Origin: Chiloscyllium plagiosum
Lineage: Eukaryota
Assembly (NCBI RefSeq): GCF_004010195.1
Contig: NW_025215248.1
Coordinates: 31,804-77,299, forward strand
Length of the DNA stretch: 45,496 nucleotides
Reading direction: 5' to 3'
Part shown: positions 12,380 to 26,016 of the stretch, piece by piece
How positions within the stretch are numbered: position 1 is the first letter of the stretch
How the letters are laid out: every line of letters begins with the position of its first letter
The notes under the pieces: model-generated
What the model saw: the letters and a program-made list of their open reading frames with translations, nothing else
Database searches by the model: none
What the model was told of the DNA's origin: nothing
Translations under genes and position numbers: made by a program

Positions 12380-14278
12380 GGGGGGCGGCACGGTGGCGCA
12401 GTGGTGAGCACTGCAGCCTCACAGCGCCAGTTGACCCGGGTTCATAGAACATACAAACATAGAACATACAAGAATACAGCGCAGTACAGGACCTTTGGCC
12501 CTCGATGTTGCGCTGATCAAAGCCCACCTAACCTACGCTAGCCCACTATCCTCCATATGCCGATCCAATGCCCGCTTAAATGCCCATAAAGTGGGAGAGT
12601 CCACCACTGCTACTGGCAGGGCATTCCATGAACTCACGACTCGCTGAGTAAAGAACCTACCCCTAACATCTGTCCTATACCTACCACCCCTTAATTTAAA
12701 GCTGTGCCCCCTTGTAATAGCGGACTACATACGTGGATAAAGGTTCTCACGGTCAACCCTATCTAAAGCCCTAATCATCTTGTACACCTCTATCAAGTCA
12801 CCCCTAAACCTTCTTTCCTCCAATGAAAACAACCCCAAGTGCCTCAGCTTTTCTTCCTACCATACCAGGCAACATCCTGGTAAACCTCCTCTGCACCCGT
12901 TCCAGTGCCTCCACATCCTTCCTATAGCAAGGCGACCAAAACTGCACACAATACTCCAGATGCGGCCGCACCAGAGTCTTAGACAACAGCAACAGGACCT
13001 CAGGACTCCGAAACTCAATTCCTCTACCAATAAAAGCCAGCACGCCATATGCTTTCTTCACCGCACTATTTACCTGGGTGGCAACTTTCAAAGATCTGTG
13101 TACATGGACACCAAGATCCCTCTGCTCATCCACACTACCAAGTATCCGACCATTAGCCCAGGACCCCATCTTTTTGTTACTCTTACCAAAGTGAATCACC
13201 TCACACTTAGCAACATTGAACTCCATTTGCCACCTTTCTGCCCAGCTCTGCAGCTTATCTATATCCCGCTGTAACCTGACACCTCCTTCCTCACTGTCAA
13301 CAACTCCTCCGACTTTCGTATCATCCGCAACTTGCTCACCCAAACTTCTAACCCATCCTCCAGGTCAATTATAAAAATGACAAGCAGCAATGGTCCCAAA
13401 ACAGATCCTTGCGGAACACCGCACGTAACGGCACTTCAAGATGAAGCTTTAACATCAACTACTACCCTCTGTCTTCTGCCAACCAGCCAATTCCTAATCC
13501 AAACCTCTACCTCACCCTCAATGCCATACCTCCATAATTTTTGCAGTAGCCTACCATGGGGAACCTTATCAAACGCCTTACTAAAATCTATATACACCAC
13601 ATCTACCGCTTTTTACTCGTCCACCTCCTTAGTCACCTTCTCAAAGAACTCAATAAGGTTTGTGAGGCACGACCTGCCCTTCACAAAACCATGCTGACTA
13701 TCCTTGATCACATTGTTCCTATCCAGATGTTCATAAATTCTATCCCTTACAATTCTCTCTAAGGTTATCCCTACTCCCCTTCTTGAACAAGGGAACCACA
13801 TTTGCTAACCTCCAGTCTTCTGGCACTTCTCCTGATAAAAGCAAGGCCAATGGCTCTGCAATCTCCTCCCTTGCTTCCCAGAGAATCCTAGGATAAATGC
13901 CATCATGTCCAGGGACTTATCTATTTTCACCCTTTCCAGAATTTCCAACACCTCTTCCCTACATACCTCAACGCCATCGATTCTACTTAATTGTGACTCA
14001 GTATTCACATCGGCAACAAGAATTCCCGCCTCAGGCGACTCTCTGTGTGGAGTTTGCACATTCTCCCCGTGTTTGCGTGGGCTTCCTCCGGGTGCTCCGG
14101 TTTCCTCCCACAATCCAAAAGTGTGCAGATTAGTTGAATTGGTCATGGTAAATTGCCCGTAGTGTTAGATGAAGGGGTAAATGTAGGGGAATGGGTCTGG
14201 GTGGGTTGCGCTTCGGCGGGTTGGTGTGGACTTATTGGTCCGAAGGGCCTGTTTCCACGCTGTAATCTAATCTAATCT
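12380..14278 (+). mobile_element. HE1-like V-SINE split in two (12380-12443 and 14021-14278) by a CR1 insertion
   Basis: A box tggcgcagtgg, B box gggttc|aattccc interrupted, core ggagtttgcacattctccccgtg, (taatc)n tail. Confidence 0.93.
12444..14020 (-). mobile_element. 5'-truncated CR1 LINE (RT and 3' UTR), antisense inside the SINE
   Basis: SQHGFVKGRSCLTNLIEFFE, ADDTKVGG, WQMEFNVAKCEVIHFG, LVRPHLEYCVQFWSP. Short-repeat tail seen as catagaacatacaaacatagaac. Confidence 0.95.
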
Positions 14279-14279
14279 G

Positions 14280-16145
14280 ATGTGAATGTGAAGTGGGTAG
14301 GGGGAGTGTGATAAGTAAGTTTGTGTTTGACACAAAGATTGGCCGGGTAGTTGGCAGTGAGGAGGAAGGTCTTATGTTACAGGAAGATACAGATAGAATG
14401 GTCAGAAGGACAGAACCATGGCAGATGGAATGTAACCCTGATAAACATGAGGTGATACACTTTGGAAGAAGGAACCAGACAGGGGAGTACTCAAAGAATG
14501 GCATAACTCGAGGAAGCTCAGAGCGTGCTTCTCCACTGTNNNNNNNNNNNNNNNNNNNNNNNNNNNNNNNNNNNNNNNNNNNNNNNNNNNNNNNNNNNNN
14601 NNNNNNNNNNNNNNNNNNNNNNNNNNNNNNNNNNNNNNNNNNNNNNNNNNNNNNNNNNNNNNNNNNNNNNNNNNNNNNNNNNNNNNNNNNNNNNNNNNNN
14701 NNNNNNNNNNNNNNNNNNNNNNNNNNNNNNNNNNNNNNNNNNNNNNNNNNNNNNNNNNNNNNNNNNNNNNNNNNNNNNNNNNNNNNNNNNNNNNNNNNNN
14801 NNNNNNNNNNNNNNNNNNNNNNNNNNNNNNNNNNNNNNNNNNNNNNNNNNNNNNNNNNNNNNNNNNNNNNNNNNNNNNNNNNNNNNNNNNNNNNNNNNNN
14901 NNNNNNNNNNNNNNNNNNNNNNNNNNNNNNNNNNNNNNNNNNNNNNNNNNNNNNNNNNNNNNNNNNNNNNNNNNNNNNNNNNNNNNNNNNNNNNNNNNNN
15001 NNNNNNNNNNNNNNNNNNNNNNNNNNNNNNNNNNNNNNNNNNNNNNNNNNNNNNNNNNNNNNNNNNNNNNNNNNNNNNNNNNNNNNNNNNNNNNNNNNNN
15101 NNNNNNNNNNNNNNNNNNNGGATTTTGAAAAGTGAGGAGGATGTGAAAAAAAACTTCAAGGTGATTGAAACAAATGGAGTGAATGAGTAAATATGTGACA
15201 GATGAAGAACAGTGTGGATAGATTTTTTGTTGTCTACTTGTTTGGGAAACACTAAAATACCATCCAACAATTGGAAAAGGGAATGTTTGAGAAATGTCGA
15301 TCTATGAAGGGAACTGCACTTTTCTTCTGTTATTGTTTGGACAGACATCTGAGTTCCATGCAGGGCAGTGAGTTCTGAATACAGAAGCCAATACTGGGAA
15401 TACATTGGCACACCGCCCAGGTAACACAGACCCACCATGTGGGAAGCTGTAACATTGAAAAGGATCTGTGATCTCCCTATACACCAGTCACTGAAAGCAA
15501 TATTGCAGGAGCAGAAAGCAGTCAGGAATATAAATTGGGTGTTGACCTTCATTTCAGGTGGACTTGAGTCCAGGAATAAGGGTGTCTCGGTGCAGCTGTA
15601 CAGGCCCTTGGTGAGACCCCAACTCGAACATTGTGCAGTATTGTGTACAGTATTGGTCTCCGTACCTAATAAAGGACAAACCTGACATTGAGGGAGTGCA
15701 GCAAAGGAGGAACAGACTGATCTCTGGGATGACAGACTTTTTGTGGAGCAGAGTTTGGGACGACTGAGCCTGTATTACATGGGGTTTAGGAAAATGAGTG
15801 GAGATCTCAGTGAGATGTATAAAACACTGACAGGGAAGCAGTGATGATAATTCCCTTGGCTGGGACGCCTCAACCAAAGGGCCACAGTATTAGGTACAGA
15901 CAGGTCACATTGCATTTAGGCATGAATAAATATCTGCACTCAGAGACTGGTGAAATTGGGAATTCTCTCTCACATAAGGCAGTGGCAGTCAAGGCACTAA
16001 AGACTAAGAAAGATGTCTAGACACGGAAAGGATGGGGGAGAGAGCAGGAGTGTGGTGTAGAAATAAAGGGTCAGCCAGCATTATATTGAACTGGATAGCA
16101 AACTCGACAGACCAAAGGGACTACCGCAGTTCCTATTTTATAGCT
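14280..16145 (+). mobile_element. Old CR1 RT/3' fragments, with gap (paralogous to 36600-36850, 38200-38899, 42563-42835, 43621-43690)
   Basis: ISKFVFDTKIG, WQMECNPDKHEVIHFG, LYRPLVRPQLEHC. Confidence 0.8.
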
Positions 16146-16429
16146 TCACAAGGTTAATCACATTAAGGGATGTGTACAGAGTGTGGGGAAAGTGCATTGA
16201 GGAGATGTTCAGACATTAACTCGAATAGGGCAGGCTCAATGTGCGAGATGGCGCATTCCATTCCCGATGTTTCTGTGTGGTCTCTGGGAAAGCTCTGTAA
16301 ATGTTGTCACAAGTTCGCAGATGTTAGGAAGGAGGTCTCTGCAGGGTCAACAGGACTGTGTTTCCCGTTCCCTTTTCCACACTGAGGCTGGGGCTGGATG
16401 TCTGTCCGGTTTTATCCTTTAAGACCTCG

Positions 16430-16738
16430 GAGCAGTTTGATACAATCGAGTGCCTTGCTTGGCTTTTTCAGAGACCATTGAAGAGTTTATCACATGTCTG
16501 TGTGTCCAGAGTCACTCTCAGGCCAGACCAGGAAAGCACGGGAGATTCACTTCCTGAAAGTACATTGGAAAATCAAATTGGTGTTTACAATCGACATTGA
16601 CTTCAGGGTTACTGTTACTGACATCAGATATGAGATCTCGATATTTTATCAATTGTTTTAACTTCCACCAGCTGCCAGAGCATTAGCCTGGTCTGGATTA
16701 TTGATCCAGTGACTTTTCCAAAACAGCACCATCGCCAC
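16430..16738 (-). mobile_element. tRNA-headed SINE, antisense (paralog at about 43975-44272)
   Basis: Reverse complement resembles the SINE at 30544-30880 (cttcctggtctggcct...gtgactc). Confidence 0.65.
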
Positions 16739-16862
16739 ATGGGGGCCTATCGGAAATTTCACTGAGCAGGATATTTCTGTGCTGCTTGACAGCTCTATCA
16801 AAAATAATTCCCAATTTGACCATCGTGATGAGACTGAGGGGGTTGTAATTGTACGAATGTAA

Positions 16863-17345
16863 TTATTCCAAGGTTAGGAACTGGACATAGCTGAGTAATT
16901 TCCCACATTGCCAGGGAGATGTCAGAGCAGGAATAAAACAGCTTCCCCAGGCTTGTTGTACAGCACAAGTCTTCAGTCCTATTGCAGGAATAGTGTCAGG
17001 ACCCATTGCCTTTGTCGTATCTACTGTGTTCAGCTGTTTCTCCATGTCACGGACAGCGAATCAAATTGGTTGAATACTGGCATCTGTGATCCTGTAGGCA
17101 TCATGATGACGGTTAATTGGATCAGCGACACAACACCGCTGGCTAGGATGGTACAGATACTATTTCCTCGTTTTTTTCACTGATGTGCAGAGCTGATTCA
17201 TTGACAGAATGGGAATAATTGTGGAGCCGTCTCCACCAGTTAGTTGTTTAATCGTCTATCACGATTTTTGACCGGATGTGGCAGGCTGCAGAGGATTCAT
17301 CTGGGTGTATTGACCTTGTGACAATTTCTCTCTCTCTATCATTAG
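16863..17345 (-). mobile_element. LINE RT fragment of a second CR1/L2-group family (paralog at about 44405-45140)
   Basis: QLNTVDTTKAMGPDTIPAIGLKTCA matches the pre-RT KAxGPDxIP motif. Confidence 0.75.
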
Positions 17346-18386
17346 ATTTGGTTTCATTTGAGTTGATNNNNNNNNNNNNNNNNNNNNNNNNNNNNNNNNN
17401 NNNNNNNNNNNNNNNNNNNNNNNNNNNNNNNNNNNNNNNNNNNNNNNNNNNNNNNNNNNNNNNNNNNNNNNNNNNNNNNNNNNNNNNNNNNNNNNNNNNN
17501 NNNNNNNNNNNNNNNNNNNNNNNNNNNNNNNNNNNNNNNNNNNNNNNNNNNNNNNNNNNNNNNNNNNNNNNNNNNNNNNNNNNNNNNNNTAAATAATCAT
17601 GGACACAGATTTCAACGTAATTATAAACCTTAAAGAGATGCCTGGCATGTCTTGTCTAATTCGCTAAGAAAAAGGTTAACTGTAGAAACAATAATGATAT
17701 TACGAATTTTGTATCAGAATCAGTTTTTTAATGTATAATGTGATAACAGAATTTGATAAGAGATAGCCGGCCCAATGTGAGAATAGAATTCATGCAATGC
17801 TTCAAATTAAACAATGACGGGTATGACTAAAAAGAGCAAAGTCACGAATTTTGGAATGCATTATAGAAAGATCCCAAGGACTAGAGATAACAAAAATCGT
17901 TAAACATCCGAAACAAATAAGAAGCTCGGGCTGTCCATGCGAGTGTCCATCATTGAACAGTTGTTTTTACAAGATTGGTTCTGCAGAAGGGGACTGGAGG
18001 GGACACTGACAAGGCTGTGTACCATCATTGCAACACAGAACGTATAAAAATACTGTCTTTTTACTGTAAACTCGAAGTGGGTCATTGCTTTACCTTCTGA
18101 TCTGAGCGAAGGATTAAGGAAACGATTGTCTTTTCATGTCAAAGCCAGATTTGAGGAAGATCCTTTGGTATTCTCCCAGCATTAACCAGGTTTTGCTTGA
18201 ATTAAAGTCCATTCCGTGTCTGTGCCCTGTCTGCCTCCAGAGTCTTTGATCCTAGCTGGGGAATCTCTCTCCTACAATAAGCAAGGACATACAGATCATA
18301 GGGTAAAGGCAAAACTTAGACTGAGGCATACAGGCTACACCAGAAAGGGCATGCAATAGGCACCATCAATGTGAGCAAGATCAGCA

Positions 18387-19480
18387 TTATTTGAAGTTAG
18401 AGAGTCCATTCCTCAGTTTAATAATGGCTGGAAAGATGCTGTGCATGAGCCGCTGGTTTGTGTGTGCAAGCTTCTGTCGTGTCTGCATGATGGAAGAGTT
18501 TGCAGGAGATCCAGGGTGCGATGGGTCTTTGATCATGTTGTTAGCCTTTCCGTGGCAGCGAGCTGTATAAATGGAGACAATGGATGGGACCTTGGTTTCC
18601 GTGATGGCATGGGCTGTGCACACAACCTTCTGTCATTTCTCTTACTGTGCTGGACAGGGCTGTGGCCACACCAGGTCATTATGCACCACTGAGATACTTT
18701 GCTCTCAGTGGTGCCTTTGTAGACATTGGTGAGTATCCTTGTGGACATGTCAAATGTCATTGAGCTACCAGAGAAAGAAGAGGCATTGTTGTGCCATCTG
18801 GACTGTCACATCTACATGGGAAGTCGGTTCTCGTCACTCCAATCAACTTAATGTTTTCCACCCTTTCAACTTCAGTTCCATTGATGCAGATGAGGGCATG
18901 TTCTCTTTCTTTCTCTTCTTAAGTAATTGATCAGTTGGTTAGTTCTGCCGACGTTGAAAGAAAGTTTGGTCTCAGTGCCGCACATCACCAAGTCCTCTAG
19001 TTCCGTTCTGAATTTTGACTTGCCATCATTACATCACTGTCCTACTAATATGGTGTCATCAGTGTACATGTAAATGGCATTCGTTCAAAATTTGGCAATT
19101 CAGCGTGGGTGTACATGGAATATAGTAGGAGGCTGAGGACACATCCTTTGAGATTTCAGTGTTGAATGTTATCATGGAAGAGACTCACTTACCTATTTTC
19201 ACTGATTGTGCACTGTAGGCCAGAAAGCTGAGGATACAATTTCAGAGGGCGGAGCCAAGACTAAGGACAGGGAGTTTTGTGATTAGTCTGAAGGGGATAA
19301 TGGTGTTGAAGGTGAACCTAGAGTCAATGAGCAAGAATCTGACGTGGGTGTGCTTGTTGTCCAGATGTTCCAGGGATATGGCACCCGCTATGGACCCGCT
19401 ATGATAGGAAAATTGTAGGAGATCCAGGCAGGCCTGGAGACTGGAACTGATGTGGACCATGACTAGACTCTCGAAGCACT
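18387..19480 (-). mobile_element. Rex1/Babar-like LINE 3' fragment, decayed
   Basis: LEHLDNKHTHVRFLLIDSRFTFNTIIP, LTNVYKGTTES..CIMTWCG, IKDPSHPG, TNQRLMHSIFPAIIKLRN are characteristic of Rex1-type RT and its C-terminus. Confidence 0.85.
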
Positions 19481-20034
19481 TATGCCCCCTTCAGTCTCCT
19501 GCGCTCTAAACAGAAATGTCCCAGCTTATCCAACCTCTCCCTATGACGCAGACCCTTGAGTCCTGGCACCATCCTTGTAAAGTTCCAGTTTAATACAAAC
19601 TTTCCTATAGAAAGGTGATCAAAACTGAACAATATGTTGGCCTTGGAAATATTTGCAACCGTAAGTTTTACTCTGCTGTCAATTATTATGCTCCTGTGAT
19701 ATTATTTTATTATTTATGTTATTCTGAAATCTTATTATTCATTGAATCCTCTGACGGCAATCCCCTCGTGTGAACGTCCTCCTTACTGCTTGAATTTGAA
19801 TCAATCTATTTTGTTTGGGCAGATATTATGAGGCCGCTGCATTTCAGAGAACAGGAAGAGATGATGGATGTTTGTGCAGTGTGTATCCTTTACTGGACCA
19901 GCTTGTCTCTCCAGGCACCTAAAACTTTTATTGTGGGTCAGAGTACCTCAGAATTGTTACATCACAGAAGGAAGCTATTCAGCCCATTGTAGGTGCATGA
20001 GCATAGAACATTACAGCTCAGTACCTGCAATATT

Positions 20035-21685
20035 CTTCAGCACTGCCCACAGCTCCACCGACATTACTGCGAACCGTAAGTTTACTAACACATCCTTCCA
20101 TTCCATCATTAAGGTCATTTTCAAAAAGACAAACAACAGTCGCCCCAAAACAGATTTTTACAGTATACCACGAGCGACTGAACTCGAGGATGAACATTCC
20201 CCATTAACTCCCGCCCTCTGTCTTCTTTCAGCTAGCCAATTTCTGAACCAAACCGCAAAGTCACCCTCAATTCAACGTCCAATATTTTCTGGGAGAAAGT
20301 AAGGATTACAGATGTTTGAGATCAGAGTCGAAAGTGTGGTGCTGGAAAAGCACAGCAGGTCAGGCAGCATCCGAGGAGCTAGGAGAAAGTGAAGACTTCA
20401 GATGCTGGAGACCAGAACACTGATTCCTGTTGAAGGGCTTACAAATGAAACATCGACTCTCCTACTCCTTGGACGCTGCCTCATCTGTTCTGCTTTTCCA
20501 ACACGACACTGTCCACATTTTCTGCAATAGCCTACCATGGGGGACTTATCAAACGTTTTACTGAAATCCATATACCCTACTTTACCCTCATCCACCTGTT
20601 TGCTCACCTTCTCAATGAAGTCAGTAAGATTTGTGAGCCACGACATGCCCTTCACAAAACATTGTTGACTATCCCTAATCAAATGATGCTTTTCGGGTTG
20701 ATAATAAATCCTATTTCTTATAATCNNNNNNNNNNNNNNNNNNNNNNNNNNNNNNNNNNNNNNNNNNNNCGTGTAACACTCAACCATCCGAACTGAGCTT
20801 TCACGTTTCATCATTACATAAGCCTCCGTCTTCCTTTTGACAAGCGATTCAACTTCTTCAGTAAACCACAGCACCCTTACTCGACCACTTCCTCTTTTCC
20901 TGACAGTTATAAATGATCAAGGACACACAGTAGCCGTTGTTTGAAGAAGCTCCCCATTTGAATTGTGCCCATCCCCTGTAGTTTCCTTCCCCATCCTATG
21001 CATCCTAAAATCTTTCTTAATCGCATCATAATTGCCTTTCCCCCAGCTATAACTCTTGCCCTGCTTAATACACCTCTCCCTTTCCATCGCTAAGGTAAAC
21101 ATAACTAAATTGTGGTCACTATCAGCCTAGTGTTCACCTACCTCCAAGTCTAATACCTGGTCTGCTTCATTACTCTGTACCAAATCCAATTTGGCCTCGT
21201 CCCTTGTTGGCCTATCGACATACTGTGTCAGGAAACCATTCTGCACGCATTGGACAAAAACTGACCCGTATAAAGTAATTGAACTGTAGCGTTTACAGTC
21301 AATATTTGGAATGTTACAGTCCTCCTTAACAACTACTCTGTTATTTTCGCTCCTCTCCTGTATCATCTTTGTAATCCTTACTCTATATCTCTGGAACTTT
21401 TCAGACGGCAATAGAGAACTGTCAACTGGGTGACCTCTCCGTTTTTGTTTCTAACCTCTTTCCATACTAACTCAGTGGACGAGTCCTTATCGAACATCCT
21501 TTCTGCCAACGTAATATTGTATTTGATTAACAATGCCACCCCCCTTCCCCCCCCCCCCCCACCCCGCAACACCCACGCAATTTTAGTACCTTCCTTGTTC
21601 TTAATGAAGCATTTAAACACCGGACCCTCCAACGATCAGTCCTGTCCCTGCTCTATCCATTTCTCCAAAATGGCCACAACATCAA
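20035..21685 (-). mobile_element. CR1 ORF2 fragment (endonuclease to RT), decayed
   Basis: GRGVALLIK, FLTQYVDRPTRDEAKLDLV, IRDSQQCFVKGMSWLTNL, YMDFSKTFDK. Confidence 0.9.
20292..20510. mobile_element. Fold-back PLE-derived short element with degenerate HHR, inserted in CR1
   Basis: Arms agtgtggtgctggaaaagcacagcaggtcaggcagcatccgaggag and ctccttggacgctgcctcatctgttctgcttttccaacacgacact are inverted. Flanked by gtccaatattttctg and gtccacattttctg (TSD-like). Confidence 0.8.
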
Positions 21686-23130
21686 GTTGTGCAACTGCAC
21701 AATTTCGAAACAGGGAGTGATTGGAGGGATGTTAAACGAGGGTGAGTTGGATAGATTAGAGAACAGCATGAGGGGAGATAGACAGGAACAGACAGAAAAT
21801 AGCAGTTTTATTTAGAAATTCTCACGGACTGCAAGGTCTTTATCTATTGCCATACCGTTTGAGCACTGTGCCTTTTCTGGCTGTGGTCCCAGAGCATTTA
21901 TCGCCAATAATATCACAGAGCTGAGTTGCTGACAGTTAAACATAGTCCACAAGGCCAAGTGATTTCTTTTTTCTCTACAGTGAGAAGTTGATTTAATTTA
22001 AATAGACTGGGTATACAGCAGCAGGAACTGCGAACCCCCTTGATACTGAGATATTGCGCCAGAGAATCTCAATGAGGTGGATCACTGACAGAGGGAAAAT
22101 CAGCATCTCAGCTGTGGGCCAAATAATGATTGACAAAGATTACACATCACTTCCGTGGTTTAATAATACACATTTAAATTTATGTAGCTCAATATAATGA
22201 GTGTATATTATTTCTTTGTACTTCCCATAGTTTAGTACGGACAGAAAATCATTTTGTCCTCGTATTTTGTGTTCAGTAAACAAACTTTACTCCTCATTCC
22301 TCACTTTAGATGTATCCTTGAATCTGTTCTTCATATGAGTTGTAAAAAGTAACATTCCAATACTGATGACTGGGGAATTTTATTGTCCCTCCCTCCTGTC
22401 TGAACTGCCATATCCCACAATTCCACATTCTCTCTGTTTTCTGTCTCCTCCACAATGCCATAATCACACTGTAATTGAAGTCCAGTAAGTGATATTTCAT
22501 CATAGTTCTCTAACATCGATAATATCAATAGCACAGGCCTCATCTGCCGCTCTCTGAACTTGGAATAACAATCTGAATTGCATTTGTCACTTACAATTCT
22601 CTGTTGACATATCCATGCCATTTGTCTGTTACAACCCTACGTTTCTCAGACACACATTCCCCTCAGATCATGAACTATAAAAATTGTCTCAATGTTTAAT
22701 TGAAATTATGATGCTTGATCAATAGTTCCAGGATGTAGTTTTCCATTTATAATCAGATACGCATGTTTACGTTCTGATAAACTTATGGCATTACTCCCGC
22801 ATCCAAGACAGATTGAATGGTTACTCTCAGTTGATCAACCAGCCTCAAGATTTGTTCCATCAGTCACCCTCACATAACCCATCCAGAAAATGACAGTTTG
22901 AATCATTGTTTTGAATTTGAATAAAACAATATTGAATTGAAATGCGTTGGCTGGAGCTATTTGTTCAGTGACTGTGATTGATGTCAGTCTCCGTGGATCC
23001 GAGATGTGTCACTGGAGGGTTTGCCTCTTCTATTAATTAAAGACTTGGTTCAATGTGTTATCCCAGTATGGGCGGGAGCATCAATGACTGGACTAACAGG
23101 GATCAGTAGCTCGAGAGTCGGGGGAGGAGA

Positions 23131-23339
23131 GATCAGAATCTGAGAACATTAGACATTAATGTTCCATTAATGGATCAGAATCTGAGAACATTAGACTGGA
23201 ATATTACAACAACAGACAGGAGTTTATCCTAGGGTCTTTACACCCTTTCTCAGCCTTGGATATCATTAGCACCACGAAGATATCCTTTGGATTATTCAAT
23301 GTGTTTACTATCCCATCCTCGCTATAGTTGGTGTTCCTG
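23131..23339 (+). pseudogene. GPCR first exon, copy 2, pseudogenised
   Basis: Two 42-bp units, ATG 23170, in-frame TAG 23230-23232, 5-nt deletion relative to copy 1 (frameshift), then DILWIIQCVYYPILAIVGVP and a canonical G|GTAAGT donor. Confidence 0.8.
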
Positions 23340-25489
23340 GTAAGTCATTCCCTCTGACCATTAAGCTGAGTTGAACTGAATTGCTATTCATATTCAAATT
23401 TTAAAATTTGGAAGTCATCATTTTCAGATCCAGTCAAAAATTTTATTCCTTACTGATTATAACTCGCAAATTACCATTCACAACTTACTCAACAATACCC
23501 GAGGAGAAACCAGACTGTTCTTAAACTCCATTATCTATTTTCTCCATTCAGATTTACATTTCTACATATTCTCCCCACTCACCAATCCTGCCCAAGACCA
23601 CAATCAGGATATTTCAGTCTTCTTCTCAGGCTCAACGCAACTGCTGAATTACCCATCGTTTGTGCCTTTGGTAAATCCAGATATAACCGTTTCAAGTCCC
23701 TTCTAACTATGCTTACGTCACAAATATTTGCAGTTGAGATGGTTAGTTTGTTCTGTCCACAGAAACTGTCAGATGGACAGACTGTGCATCGTGGTCAAGT
23801 CATTTACTCATAATCAAGCGGCACAGAATAATAATCGTTTGGTGTCTCATGAAGGAAGATGATGGAAAGCAAATGAAATCATCTCCACTAGTTTTAAACA
23901 GAAGCATATCTGTTTTCCTCATGTCCTTTAGAGAAGGCAATGGGTTATCCTTCCATGTTCAGGTCTCTGTGTGATTGCAAACCCACAGCAATGATGTTAC
24001 TCTTTATTATCCTGTGCAACAGCTGAATCAGCCACTCAGTTCAAGATCGATATAACATACTGGCTTGACCAAGGCTGCACACAAATCGTGAGAGCAGAAC
24101 AAAAGGAAAGCTCGCTCCCTTCCTCTGTCTAATTTCTATGTTCCAGCAAGTAATTTCCATTCAGGTAGGTGACCATTCCCTGTTTCGAATGAATTCTTTC
24201 TGATTGAGTCTCCCTCTGAACGTGATATACATCTCCATCGACACCTCTGGTGATGACTGACGCAAAGATGTAAGAAACTTCAAAATTCCATATCATTCGC
24301 AGTGTAGAGAGAAGGAATGGCTTTTTGTACCACAGGAAAGAAGCTGAGACTGCTAAGTGAGGGAACAGAATTATTGTGATCAACCCTAGAGTATTGTTGA
24401 GATAGTATTTGGGGTATTATGCACAGATTTTCTTTCCTTTATCAGGAATAATCCTCTTGGCAGAATGAGTGTAATGGAGTTTCACCAGACTAATTGTTGG
24501 GATGATTGTACCATCGGGAGTGCATGAGGATTAATCGATAGCGCTTTGAACAATAAGAGGTGATTGCATTGAACCTTAAGGTGATGGACAGTCACTCATT
24601 ATATTCCAAGTGGAATTAATACGATGATAAATTCCATGTTTTTTTAACTTGGTTTACATGATTCTCGTTGGCTTAAGACTCTGAGAACGTTCCTCTCAAT
24701 CCACACCACTCCCCATTTCGACTGAGAGAGAGAGAGTGACAGTCTTTAACTAAACTCTTCCAACATTAATACAGTGCATTTGGTGTGTGATGATACATAG
24801 AATTTCACGTTATCCACCATCGCGACGGGAGCCACAATACCTTCATTCTAAATCTGTTAACTATCACCACCAGCTTCTGACCCCCACGGAGAACATGGGT
24901 CTGTCTTCTTGGAGATGGAAGATGCCTGATTGAGGCTTGGCACAAAACATTTGACTTCCTTCCTCACTGCCGGCAAAACACATTAAAAAATCATTTGTTC
25001 CACAGGCAATGGAGCCACGAAGAACATTGTGAGCAGTCTATGCGTGCAGTCTCTGCTCCATTCGTTTTCCAGGATGAAGCATCAATGACACCTTCCTTTT
25101 CCTGTGTAAGTGTCTCGAGGGGTGAATGGTATCCTCCAGGTTCCAGAGAACAGGTTGAGGGGTCTTACTGGACTCTGCCCGTTCCTGTTTAACAGCTCAA
25201 TGTACTGACCAGACACCTCCTCTTCCTGTGGAACAGGCAGGAGGATTGAATGGGCTGTCCCACCTCTACTTCAGTCATTTCGATGGGCTGAGTGGTTTCC
25301 ACATATCCATGTAACCAGCTCGAGTTGCTGAATGAGCTTATTTTTTAACTGGAAATGTGCAGTGTCTGGCAGCACTGTTACATGAATGTTACCGACACGT
25401 TAACAGCACAAACCTGAATATTGTTTGGGTCTTGCTGAATATAGACACAGACCGGTTTAGGAGCTGAGTGGGAACAAAATGTTCTGAAT

Positions 25490-25825
25490 GTTGTGTGATC
25501 TTCAGTGATCACCCTGCTTCTGATCTTGGGATAGATGGGGGGCGCCGGAATGGGGGCAAATAGACGTTGACAAAGGAGCTGAAGATGTTTGTGCTGAGGA
25601 AGTTAATCTGAGGATCTCCTGAAGAGATTTCCCAGGACTGAGAGGATTGTAGGCCACCGACCACAAACATTTTCCTTTGTGCTCTGAAATACCCCAAACA
25701 GTGGGGAGGTTAGACCTGATTCTCATTGAGCTCAAATAATAGGTGGTCCCGATGACAACCTCAGTCAACTACTGCCTTGATATCAAGGCCATTCACTCTT
25801 TCCTGAGCCCCTGTGTTCGCCTCTT
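25490..25825 (-). mobile_element. LINE RT core fragment
   Basis: AQRKMFVVGGLQSSQSWEISSGDPQ..TNIFSSFVN is a decayed GVPQGSVLGPxxF motif. Confidence 0.75.
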
Positions 25826-26016
25826 GTTCATATCAATAGGTGACGGTGTACGTGCAGAGAGTGTTTTCCTCTCACAGAGGGTAATCACTGTCAGGAATTA
25901 TCTAGACTAGAGAGTTAGGGGACCAAATCACTGAAAGTATTTAAAGAGGTGGTACATGAAGCTTTGACCTGTCAGAGAGCTGAGGAGTGTGAAGAACTGG
26001 GTATTAAGGAGGAGTT

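Noticed and set aside
12380..12443. tRNA gene
   Set aside because: It is the tRNA-derived head of a SINE and continues into the SINE core after the nested LINE.
21962..21990. Strong splice acceptor (ttttttctctacag) as GPCR exon 2
   Set aside because: Downstream sequence lacks the expected TM1 continuation and soon hits stops.
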